Below, piece by piece: positions 40,852 to 50,386 of a DNA stretch of 64,000 nucleotides. The notes beneath the pieces were generated by a model that saw only the letters and a list, made by a program, of their open reading frames with translations, ran no database searches and was not told the DNA's origin. Source of the DNA: an uncultured Chloroflexia bacterium (GTDB lineage Bacteria; Chloroflexota; Anaerolineae; CG2-30-64-16); the NCBI GenBank assembly GCA_963774265.1, contig CAVZDU010000005.1:256001-320000 (forward strand). The letters run 5' to 3'. Position numbers and translations under genes: made by a program. Within the stretch, counting starts at the first letter, position 1. Each line of letters begins with the position of its first letter.

Positions 40852-41884
40852 TTACTTGACGACCGGCAGGCCGGCTGAGGTCCAGGCGGCAAACCCGCCC
40901 GCGAGGCTCTTGACGTTGGCATAGTCCAGCAGTTGCAGGGCCATCATGCCGAGAGCGCCCCGGTGCCCGATCGCGCAGTAGACGACGATGGGCGCGGCCT
41001 TGTCCGGGGGCAGCATGTTCAGATTCTTGGTCAATGTGCGGATGGGGATGTTGATGGAGCTTTCGATCTTTCCGGCGCTGCTGACTTCTGAGAGCTCGCG
41101 CACGTCGATGAGGGTCAGCCCTCCGGCCGCGATCTGCGCCTTGAGGTCTGCCGGCGAGATCGTCCCCCAGCCGTTGGGCAGGCTGCTCAGGTACTCGTCC
41201 AGCGCGGTCAACATGCCCTGATCCACTTCGGGCGCCGTGCCGGGCGTGGGCGCGACCGCGGCAGCGGCGACGGGCAGGCCGGCAGCCTTCCAGTCACTGA
41301 AGCCTCTGGCCAGGCTCTTGACGTCAGTGTAGCCCAGCATCTGCAGCGTGGCCATCGCGATGGCGCTCCGGTGGCCGCTGCCGCAGATCGCGACGATCGG
41401 CTGGTCCTTGGCCGGCAGCTTATCCAGGTTCTTCGCCAGGTCGCGGATGGGGATGTTCACCGCGCCCTCGATCGTGCCGGCGCTGGCGATCTCGTTCGCC
41501 GCGCGCGACGTCCAGGATGAACGGATTCCCGGTCTCGATCTGGTTATTCAGAGCAGCAGCCCAGATCAGGCCGAAGCCATCGGGCAGCGCGCTGACGTAG
41601 TTGTCGACTGCGGCGCTCAGGTCAAAGGCCGTGGCGGTAGGCGTTGCGGTGCTGGTGGGCGTTGCGGTGCTGGTGGGCGTCGCCGTGGCGGTAGGCGTTG
41701 CGGTGCTGGTGGGCGTCGCCGTGGCGGTAAGCGTTGCCGTGGTGGTGGGTGCTGTGCTACTGGCCCACCCCTGCATCACCACAGGGAGATAGACCGTAAT
41801 GCCATTCGCTATGACGCTGATGGCGATTGCCAAGCACGCGAAAAACGCCAGACCCAGTGCAAGCCATTGTCGCTTTTTGTCCAT
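40852..41884 (-). CDS. Exported tandem rhodanese-domain protein with a Thr/Pro linker (frameshift ~41500)
   Basis: N-terminal TM, VYLPVV, (TATPTS)n linker and active-site loops CGSGHRS and CAIGHRG. Confidence 0.85.
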
Positions 41885-41998
41885 GCTTGACCTCCACGAA
41901 AAGTGGCGGATCTCACGAAGGATTAACGCGCTGCTTTGCGCAATCTGTCAAGAATTGACAGTCTGATCTTAAGATGTCGTAATTTTCGACATTTGCCC

Positions 41999-42110
41999 CG
42001 TCCGAGCTGGCGCAGACGATGGGTTGATCGCAGAGCCAGAAGGGTGCGTTGGTTGAGGACATCGCCAGCGGCAGCCCGGCGGACGACGCCGGCTGGCAGG
42101 GCAGTTCTGA
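41999..42110 (+). repeat. 112-bp copy of htrA PDZ2 coding sequence (40339-40450)
   Basis: Three mismatches, one of which converts TTA to TGA. Confidence 0.92.
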
Positions 42111-42189
42111 AGGGTGCAAGACCCTTGCGGGCCGTGGTGACCGGAACCGCCGAGGATGAAAACGCAGAGTATACCAGCGATGAACCGAA

Positions 42190-42714
42190 TCATGGCTGAC
42201 TCCCTTTGAGATAGTATCTCGGATGAAACTGATCTGCATTTGACTGATTATGGATCGGAGGCCGATTCCGGTGCTTGCAGCGCAGTGACCAGTTCCAGTC
42301 GAGTTGGATCGCGCGCGGCGGGCCAACCCAACGCAACGGCCCACGATAGTAGACCCGGGCCTGGAATGATTCCAGCCCATATTCGTCATTGACAACCTCT
42401 ATGCGCACCGGGGCCGCGCCGAAGTCCGGCCCGTCGGCATCAAGACCCCAGGCCCGCACCTGCTCCAGCGCCTCGGCCAATGCTTCAATCGGCCAGGCCT
42501 GGCTCAATGTGAAGTCCAGGTCCTCCGAGAAGCGATAGTTGGCAAAGTAGCACTTCCGCAAGCAGGTGCCGCCCTTGAAGACCAGGTATTGCGCCGCGGG
42601 CGTTTGCGTAAAAAGACCGGCGAGAAACCAGCCCAACCCGTAGTCGAGGTCCTGGACCATGGTGTCCACACCAGCGGCAACGGCATGGCGCCGCAATTCT
42701 GCTTCAATGATCAC
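42190..42714 (-). pseudogene. abiEii: AbiEii nucleotidyltransferase toxin, C-terminally truncated
   Basis: FKGGTCLRKCYF..YRFSEDLDF. Family-like sequence appears to end after RAIQLD (~42297). Confidence 0.75.
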
Positions 42715-43535
42715 ATCGGGCCTCCTCCGGCCGGCGCCAAACCGATGTTGTCACGCACGCGCCAGCGCATGCTCACTGAGCCACCAGCGATTTCGCCAGG
42801 ATCGAGAAGCGCGATGCCGGCAGTGAGGTGGGTCTGCCAGCCGGCCAGACGCTCCGCCCGATCAGGGATCGGCAGGTCCAACGTCTCGACCAGGTAGCCC
42901 AGGCGCTTGTACACGGCGCCGGAAGCGAAGCGGATCAGGTACTCGTCGAGCTTGGGCCACTCTACCTCGGCCCAGTGGCCGCGCAGCGCCTGCGCCAACT
43001 GCCAGATGCCGCCACTCAAGTCCGGCCGGTCAGCCGCATCCACGACCGACTTCGCGCGGTCGGTCACCTGGATGGGCTGTCCATCCACTGCCCGGCGAAT
43101 CAGCCCGAAAAAGCGTGGCTCACCAATAGTTACGATCTGGTACTGCACGCCTGCCAGGACCAGCTTGGACTGCAATTTGCGCCGTGGGGACTGCACGAAG
43201 ACCGTGTGCGGCACCTGCTCAGTGAAGTTCCAAAAGCGCAGCGCCGACCAGTACGCGACCGCGCTCGGCTCAATGAGGCGCGTGCCGATCACCAACGCAT
43301 TTTCGGTCCAAACCCGATCGGGACCCGCGCTGAGGGGCACCACGATGTAGAGGCCGCGCTCGATGCGCTTCAGCCAGCCGCCGCGTTGCAGCCGACTGAG
43401 CGCATGGTGCGCCATGGCAGAGTTCGGCCAGGTGTCAGCGACCTCTTCGTAGCGAAAGATGGATCGGTTCTCCGCAGCCAGGCGGGAAAGGAATTCGGCC
43501 TCTCGCCGCGAGAGGCCGGTGATAGTTTGCGCCAT
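42711..43535 (-). CDS. abiEi: AbiEi type IV antitoxin / transcriptional regulator
   Basis: wHTH with GWLKRIERGLY, YWSALRFWNFTEQVP and KRLGYL. Confidence 0.85.
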   Translation of the reverse strand: MAQTITGLSRREAEFLSRLAAENRSIFRYEEVADTWPNSAMAHHALSRLQRGGWLKRIERGLYIVVPLSAGPDRVWTENALVIGTRLIEPSAVAYWSALRFWNFTEQVPHTVFVQSPRRKLQSKLVLAGVQYQIVTIGEPRFFGLIRRAVDGQPIQVTDRAKSVVDAADRPDLSGGIWQLAQALRGHWAEVEWPKLDEYLIRFASGAVYKRLGYLVETLDLPIPDRAERLAGWQTHLTAGIALLDPGEIAGGSVSMRWRVRDNIGLAPAGGGPM

Positions 43536-43567
43536 CAGACTGTCACCAGGATACAGTATCTTGCAGT

Positions 43568-43596
43568 ATAATATAATAGTGTTTGTGTGTTGTCAA
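43568..43596 (-). promoter_or_regulatory. sigma70 promoter of abiEi/abiEii
   Basis: Minus strand TTGACA-17 bp-TATTAT. Confidence 0.6.
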
Positions 43597-43608
43597 CCGA
43601 TCGATACC

Positions 43609-45136
43609 GACTCGGTTCCAGATTGTGTTGGTCGGTGTAGCGACAGGGGCTATTGACAAAAATGGGCCAAACGGCCATTGTGTAGTTGTGACACCGCACA
43701 AGAAAGCCGCACGGCCCATGAACATTATAGAGCGAGGCAGGGCACACCTGCAATCCTTAGTGGCGCTGGCCAAGCGCAGCGTTTGGGACTGGAAGCGCTG
43801 TCCGACCTGTGGCGGGACGTGGACGAGTTGCTGGGGCACGTATCCCCGTCACCCCTGGTTCCTGGATCGGGGCCGGCAGGAGGTGCGCATCCAGCGCCAC
43901 AAGTGCTACGCCTGCAACAAGACGTATTCGGAGCGGTCGGCCCTGCTGGTGCGCGGTAGTTGGTATGCCCGGGACGTTCACCGTTGTGCGGTCGACCACT
44001 GGCAACACGGCGGCACCTCATTACGGCGGACGGCGGAGTTGCTGCGCTCCTGGTTGGGGCACCAGGAACGTTGGTTGCTCTGGCGACCGCTGGATCCCGA
44101 GAGCGGCGAGCGGTGTTATTTGGCGGCCAGCACCGTGCAGCGCTGGCTGGACGGGGCCGGCAAAACGGCTCAAGCCAGCGTGGACGGGCAACTAGCGGGC
44201 ATTGCCCACACGCACGCGGTGGGCACGGACGGCTTATGGGCCAAGCTGAAAGGCAAGGCGCAGCGGGTCGTGCTGCTCATCGTGGACAGCGTTACCGGCC
44301 TGGTCTATCCGCCAGTCGTGGCCAAAGGCGAAGGGTCGGTAGGACCGTGGCAGCGGCTGTTTGAACGGGCTAAGCGGGCCGGACTGGACGTGGATGCCCT
44401 GCGCGGCGCAACGTCCGATGGCGCACAGGGGCTGCTGGCTTACTTGCGCCGGAGCCTCGCCTGGGTCCAGCATCAGCGCTGCGTCTGGCATTTGTGGCGC
44501 AACCTGGGAGGCGAGCTCGCCAAAGCCGCCAGCGAAGCGGCGGGCGACCTGACCGGCGAAGCTGCCGAGCACATCCGCAAGCAAACCCGAGATGAGTTGG
44601 GCGGGCTGATTCACAAGATCATGGACGCCCAGAGTTACACTGAGGCGGAAGCAGCGTTAGCCACGCTGCTGGGGCATCCGCTAGGCGCAACCCTCGGCAA
44701 GCTGCTCAATGAGCAACTCGATCGGGTACTCGTGCACCTGCTGGCTTACTACCAAGGCTTGCAGCGGGTGACACCCGAGTGGTACTGGCGAGATTTTCGC
44801 TTACGACTCAGCCGCGGCCGCAACCACCGCTCGGATCAGCGCCTGGAGCGGGCGACCCTGGTCTGGGCGATCTACCATAACTTCGAGCCCGCTCAAGGGA
44901 GGTCTGAGCGTAAACGTCATTACCGGCATCCCGGCCAAAGTGCCCTCCAAGTCGCCGGCGTGCCACCCGGAAAAGTGAGCTACCTGGACGCTTTGGGCGT
45001 GTAAACGCCCACGGTCCCGTCGCTTGTCGCCCCTTACCGGCGGCGAGCGACGGGAGGCAAAGTCTGCGCAGCCGTCTGCCGATTATCACCTACCAACAGG
45101 CCGACTCGGTCCGCCAACATAGGACGGAACCGAGTC
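43609..45136 (+). mobile_element. Insertion sequence, IS256/Mutator-like, 1528 bp
   Basis: Terminal IRs GACTCGGTTCC / GGAACCGAGTC (18/23 when extended). 8-bp direct repeat TCGATACC at 43601-43608 and 45137-45144. Confidence 0.92.
43718..45004 (+). CDS. DDE transposase with an N-terminal Zn ribbon
   Basis: CPTCG..CYAC, VGTDGLW, TSDGAQGL and HQRCVWH (Mutator-type CxxH). Probable catalytic E in TPEW. Confidence 0.85.
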   Translation: MNIIERGRAHLQSLVALAKRSVWDWKRCPTCGGTWTSCWGTYPRHPWFLDRGRQEVRIQRHKCYACNKTYSERSALLVRGSWYARDVHRCAVDHWQHGGTSLRRTAELLRSWLGHQERWLLWRPLDPESGERCYLAASTVQRWLDGAGKTAQASVDGQLAGIAHTHAVGTDGLWAKLKGKAQRVVLLIVDSVTGLVYPPVVAKGEGSVGPWQRLFERAKRAGLDVDALRGATSDGAQGLLAYLRRSLAWVQHQRCVWHLWRNLGGELAKAASEAAGDLTGEAAEHIRKQTRDELGGLIHKIMDAQSYTEAEAALATLLGHPLGATLGKLLNEQLDRVLVHLLAYYQGLQRVTPEWYWRDFRLRLSRGRNHRSDQRLERATLVWAIYHNFEPAQGRSERKRHYRHPGQSALQVAGVPPGKVSYLDALGV

Positions 45137-45165
45137 TCGATACCGCAATACCGCAATCACCTGTT

Positions 45166-45219
45166 TTGACAAGTGGTTCCATCTATGCTAAATTGGTCGT
45201 ACTTACCGACCGGTTAGTA
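45166..45219 (+). promoter_or_regulatory. Promoter and probable TetR operator of the MFS-TetR operon
   Basis: TTGACA-17 bp-TAAATT with extended TG. Imperfect palindrome TACCGACCGGTTAGTA at 45204-45219. Confidence 0.6.
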
Positions 45220-45239
45220 GAACTACTTATGGAGGCACT

Positions 45240-46664
45240 GTGAACATCGTCGACAACCGTACTCGCAACCGCATTCTCCTGGTGCTCTTCCTGGGCGTGC
45301 TGATGGGCGCGCTGGATATCGCTATCGTTGGCCCGGCGTTGCACTCGATCAAGACCACCTTCGGCGTGGATGATCGCCTGCTGGCCTGGATCTTCACCAT
45401 CTATGTCCTCTTCAATCTGATCGGCACACCGCTCATGGCGAAGCTGTCCGATATCTTCGGCCGCCGCGGCGTTTACGTGGCTGATGTGACGCTGTTCGCC
45501 ATCGGATCGTTGGTGGTAGCTCTGTCAGCGTCCTTTCCGATGCTCCTGGTCGGCCGTGCGCTGCAAGGGTTCGGCGCCGGCGGCATCTTCCCGGTGGCAA
45601 GCGCCGTGATCGGCGACACCTTTCCGCCTGAAAAGCGGGGCAGCGCGTTGGGCCTGATCGGCGCGGTGTTTGGCCTGGCGTTCATCATCGGCCCCATTCT
45701 CGGCGGCGTCCTGCTGATGGTTGGCTGGCAATGGCTCTTTATCGTCAACATACCGATAGCCCTGGTAGTGATCGTCATGAGCCTGCGCTTGCTGCCCGCA
45801 ACGCGTGCGGCAGAGCGCAAGCCGTTCGATTGGCCGGGTATGGTCGTTCTCGAGCGCGCTGCTGATCGCGTTGACCTACGGCATCAATCAGATTGACACA
45901 GCGCACTTCGGCGCCAGCCTGATCTCGCTGAACGTCTGGCCCTTCCTTCTGTTGGCCATGATCCTGGTGCCGGTCTTCCGGCAGATCGAACTGCGTGCAG
46001 CCGACCCGGTCCTGCGCATGAGCCTCTTCGGTACGCGCCAGGCGGTCTTGGCGAACGTTCTGTCGGCGGGTGCAGGCCTGGGTGAGGCGGGATTGGTCTT
46101 CATGCCCGCGCTGGCGACCGCGGCGCTCGGCATGACCGGCTCGAAGGCCAGCTTCATGCTGATGCCGGTGGTGCTGGCGATGTCGGTCGGATCGCCCATG
46201 GCTGGCCGGTTCCTGGACCGTCTCGGCTCGAAGGTGGTGGTAGTGACGGGCGCGGCGCTGCTGGCCGCGGGCATGGTCCTGCTCAGCCAGGGCGCTGCCA
46301 GCCTGGCGCTCTTCATCGTCGCGGGTTCGCTGATCGGCCTGGGGCTGTCGGCTCTGCTCGGCGCGCCGGTGCGCTACATCATGCTCAACGAGGCGCCGGG
46401 ATCCGATCGCGCCGCCGCCCAGGGCGCCATCACCCTCTTCACCAGCACCGGCCAGTTGATCAGCGGCGCGGCCGTGGGCGCGGTGGCCGCGTCCCGCGGC
46501 GGTGGCGCGGCGGGCTACACCTCGGCCTACCTGGTGATCGCTGCGGTCGCGGTGTTATTGACGCTGCTCGCGCTCGGTCTGAAGGGTCGCGCGTCGGAAA
46601 TGGCGACGGTGCAGCGCCACACGCAGGCCACTGCAGACGATGCACAACCGGCAGGCGTTCGTAA
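45240..46664 (+). CDS. DHA2 (EmrB/QacA-like) MFS exporter (frameshift ~45850; 3' end uncertain)
   Basis: LDIAIVGPAL, KLSDIFGRR, GRALQGFGAG, WQWLFIVNIPI. Confidence 0.82.
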
Positions 46665-46701
46665 CGCGCCCGGCGCTTTCAGTCATCGAGAAGGAGATTC
46701 A

Positions 46702-47310
46702 ATGCCAGCCACCGACTCCTCCACCACTCGCGACCGCATCATCGAGCAGGCCACGCGCCTGTTCGTAAGCCGCGGCTATCACGCTATCTCCATGCGGGAG
46801 ATTGCCGGGGCGGTGGGGGTGACCAAGGCTGCGCTTTACTACCATTTCAGCGACAAAGAAGCGCTCTTCCTGGCGGTCTTGACCGCGAGCCTGGATCGCC
46901 TGGGAGCCATCATCCAGGCGGCGCGGGCCACGGGCGGGACGACGCGCGAGCAGGTGCGCGAGATGCTGAACGGCATCTTCGCCCAATCTCCCGATCAGCG
47001 GGCGATCGTCCGGGTGGCGCGCCAGGAAATGGCGGCCTTGAGCCAGCAGGCCCTGGAGCAGTTTGGTCGCCTCTACCAGGCCAGGTTCATCGGCCAGGTG
47101 GAGGCGATGCTGGCCGATGGCGTGGCGCGGCGCGAGCTGCGCGAGCTTGATCCGCGCCAGGCCACGTGGCTGTTCCTGGGGATGATTTATCCCTTCCTTG
47201 ATGCAGCGCACGACCCGGATGCTGGCACGGAGGAGGCGGCGCTTGCCTTGGCGCTGACCATCTTCTTTGAGGGGGCAGACCTGCGGCCTACCCGGCGAAC
47301 GTCTGAATAA
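46702..47310 (+). CDS. TetR/AcrR family regulator
   Basis: TRDRIIEQATRLF..GYHAISMREIA..VGVTKAALYYHFSDKEALF, with its own RBS GAAGGAG. Confidence 0.88.
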   Translation: MPATDSSTTRDRIIEQATRLFVSRGYHAISMREIAGAVGVTKAALYYHFSDKEALFLAVLTASLDRLGAIIQAARATGGTTREQVREMLNGIFAQSPDQRAIVRVARQEMAALSQQALEQFGRLYQARFIGQVEAMLADGVARRELRELDPRQATWLFLGMIYPFLDAAHDPDAGTEEAALALALTIFFEGADLRPTRRTSE

Positions 47311-49555
47311 GCAATACAGCATTCAGCCCCAGGATCACCGCTGTCGTGGCCCAGGCCAGCACCTTTGTGATACGGCCGTTGGTGAACGGCCCCATGATCT
47401 CAGGCTTGCTGGTGAACAACACCAGAGGCACCATCGCGAACGGCAGCTGGAAGGAGAGGCTGACCTGCGACAGCACCAGGATCCGCAGCGGATCGATGCC
47501 CAGCCCGATGATGATCAGGGTCGGCAGCATGGTGATGAGGCGGCGCAACCAGACGTTCATCTTGTAATGGATGAAGCCTTCCATGATCACCTGGCCGGCC
47601 ATCGTAGCGGTGGTGGACGAGGCCAGCCCGGAGGCTAGCAGGGCCAGCGCGAACGCGATCCCGGCCAGCGGTCCGAGCAGCGGCGTCAGCGTCCGGTGCG
47701 CCGACTCCAGCGAGTACTCGGCCAGCTTGCCCCCTGAAAACGCGGTCGCCGCCATCACCAGGATCGCGGCGTTGACGAAGAACGCGCCGTTCAACGCGAC
47801 CAGCGAATCCACGATGGCCAACCGGTACACCGACCGTTTGCGTTGCAGCGAATCGCTCGGACGCACGCGCGTCTGGATGAGCGCGCTGTGCAGGTACAGG
47901 TTGTGCGGCATCACGGTGGCGCCGATGATGCCGACGGCCACCAGGGTCGCGCCGATCGGCAGTGACGGCACGACCAGCCCGCGCATCATCTCGCCGAATG
48001 GCGGCTTGGCCAGCCAGATTTCAGCCATGTAGCCGAACCCGATGACCGCGATCAGCCCGATGATCACCAACTCCACCTTGCGAAATCCGTAGCGCTCCAA
48101 CAGCAGGATCAGCGAGATGACGACCCCGGTGAGCAGCGCGGCCGGGAAGAGTGGGATGCCGAACAACAGGTTAAAGCCCACCGCACCGCCCAAGAATTCG
48201 GCCAGATCGGTCGCCATCGCGGCCAGCTCGGCGGTCACCCAGAGGCCGACGCTGGCCCAGCGCGGATAGCGGTCGCGGCAGACCTCGGGAAGCGTTCTGC
48301 CGGTGGCGATGCCGAGCTTGGCCGACATCGTCTGCAGCAGGATCGCCATCATGTTCGCGACGAAGATCACCCACAGCAGGCGGTAGCCGAACCGTGCGCC
48401 GCCTTCGATATCCGTGCCCCAGTTGCCCGGATCCATGTAGCCCACGCTGATGACAAAAGCGGGGCCGAAGAAGACCAGGGCGCGCCTGAGCACGGTGAGG
48501 CTGCCGTAGCGGACGAACAACTCCCGGATGCGCGCCAGCTCTTCTGCCAGCCAGGCGCGCCGCGGCAGGACGATCTCGCGAATGGTCGCCGCGTCCAGCA
48601 GGATCTGGTTGGCTTCGACGCGCGGGAGGGCAATCTCGGCGCCGTCCACCCGGTACATCGTCGGGTCGCCCAGGGGATCGGCGCGTATCGCCGCGATTTC
48701 CGTCCCCGGCTTCACACCAGCAGCGTCCAAACGCTGACGCAGCGCCGGCGATTCGCCGATGGACATGACCCGCGCGCCCTGCCCGATCTCGATCTCGGAC
48801 AGGGGCACACGCTCTGGCAGGGGCTTCGATAACCGAGATGTTTTCGACGGCGGCAGGCGTGAGGCTGAGGCGCTGGCGTCCGCTCCAAACGAGGACCCTT
48901 CCCGGCGTCCGCTCGTCGATCTCCACCTGTGCGCCGCGGGTCAGGCCCATGAGGGCCAGTTGCGCGAACAGCGAAGGCGGCTCATCTTCGACGTGCACGA
49001 TGCGGCCGATGCGATGCTCCGGCCAGCGCGAGAGGGGCGTGCCTTGCTCTGCGGGCAATTCACCTTCTCGCGTCGGGATGGGATCGCCGTGCGGATCGAA
49101 GGCTGGGTAGCCCAGCTCGCGCTCCAGCGCGTCGACCTCATCCGGCGTGGACAGGTGCTCGCGGCGCATGGCTTCGTCGTGAAGCTCGCCCAGCGCCAGC
49201 CCTTCTTTGTCCGACAGGTAGCGCTCCCACAGTCGGTGGGCACGGATCAGTTGCAGCGCGCGCTTTCGCCCGCGGATGCGATCCGCAGCGCCTCGCCTTC
49301 GGCCTGCGCCCAGCCGCGGCGGCGGAGCTCGGATTCGATCAACGCGAAGCGCCCCGGTTGCAGATCGGCCGCGCGGATCAGATCGCGTTGCCGCACGAGG
49401 GGCTGCTGGCGCGAGAGGTGGTAGAGCGCCTTGAGGGTGTCTTCCGTGATTTCGTTCAGGCCTAGCGAGACGCGGCGAGTCTGGCGCCACAGCATGATGA
49501 CCGCAATGGAGAGAACAAGGATCACGGCAATGAGGCCGGCAACGAGGTAGTTCAT
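47288..49555 (-). CDS. mntH: Probable fusion: N-terminal TM, DtxR/MntR-like domain, 2 x FeoA, Nramp (MntH) transporter (about 755 aa once two homopolymer indels are corrected)
   Basis: EDTLKALY, RAHRLWE, HDEAMRREH, DPHGDPIP, FeoA motifs (LMGLTRG; GVKPG..DPLGDP), then Nramp YMDPGN and MPHNLYLHS. FeoA2-Nramp is one open ORF. Confidence 0.8.
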
Positions 49556-49581
49556 TCACCCTCCATGTGATTGACTGCCAG

Positions 49582-50351
49582 TTACTCCGGGATCAGGAGC
49601 AGTTGCCCCAGATCGCGCGCCCCGCGCGCGGCCTGACCCACATAGTGGTTGTTGAAATAGACCAGCGTGAGTTCGGCCGCGGCGTCGAGCTCGCGCAGCT
49701 TCGGCGTCCACTCACGCAGCTCGGCTGGCGAGTAGGCGTAGTTGTAGCGCTCCCACGCCTGTTCGTGCTGATACCACTTGGCTGCGTTCCGGCCGTGAAA
49801 GCGGACATATGCCACCGGACCGGTTGCGACCGCCACCGGTGGCAGCAGCCCCCTCAGCCGCGGCTCATCCACGCAGCAGAAGCCCAGCCCCAGCGATCGC
49901 AGCAGGTCGAAGGTCGGCTGTCCTACCCAGCCGGCGTTCCGGAACTCCACCACCGCAGGCAGGTCGCCGAACCCATCGCGCAGGCGTTTGAGATAGTCTC
50001 GATTGTCCGGGGTCGGGTGAAACGAGTAGGGGAACTGGGCAAGCACGCAGGCCAGCTTGCCGGTCTCGACCAGGGGCCGGAGCGCGGCGACGAACGGCGC
50101 GAAGTCGGGCTGCTCTCGCTCGTGCGTCAGCCCCTGGTACGCCTTGACGGAGAACAGGAAGTCGCCGGGGGTCTTGGCCACCCATCCCTGCACCATGCGC
50201 ACATCGGGCACGCGGTAGTAGGTCGTGTTGATCTCGACGGTGGAAAATTCGCGGGCATAGAAGGCCAGGTGGTCGCGCGCGGCAGTCCCTCGGGGTAGAC
50301 CGGGCCGATCCAGTCGTCGTAGGAGAAACCGGATGTGCCGATGCGGATCAT
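49582..50351 (-). CDS. DUF72 (YecE-like) protein (frameshift ~50290)
   Basis: MIRIGTSGFSYDDW, VEINTTYY, QFPYSF, YVRFHGRN, YFNNH. Confidence 0.88.
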
Positions 50352-50386
50352 GGGACCCTCCCTCACACATCGCCGTGGGTTTGGTT

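Noticed and set aside
41630-41745. Short tandem repeats resembling a CRISPR array or VNTR
   Set aside because: They encode the Thr/Pro/Ala linker of the rhodanese protein. There are no unique spacers and no cas genes.
40339-42110. htrA fragment copy as a diversity-generating retroelement TR/VR pair
   Set aside because: There are only three differences, no reverse transcriptase is in the window, and the target is not a C-terminal variable domain. The differences are all at T on the plus strand of htrA, but three sites are too few to infer adenine-specific mutagenesis.
45805-47310. Apparent MFS-TetR fusion protein
   Set aside because: TetR has its own strong RBS and ATG at 46702, a TAA lies one frame off at 46662, and the region has other indels. 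Most likely two genes, though read checking is needed.
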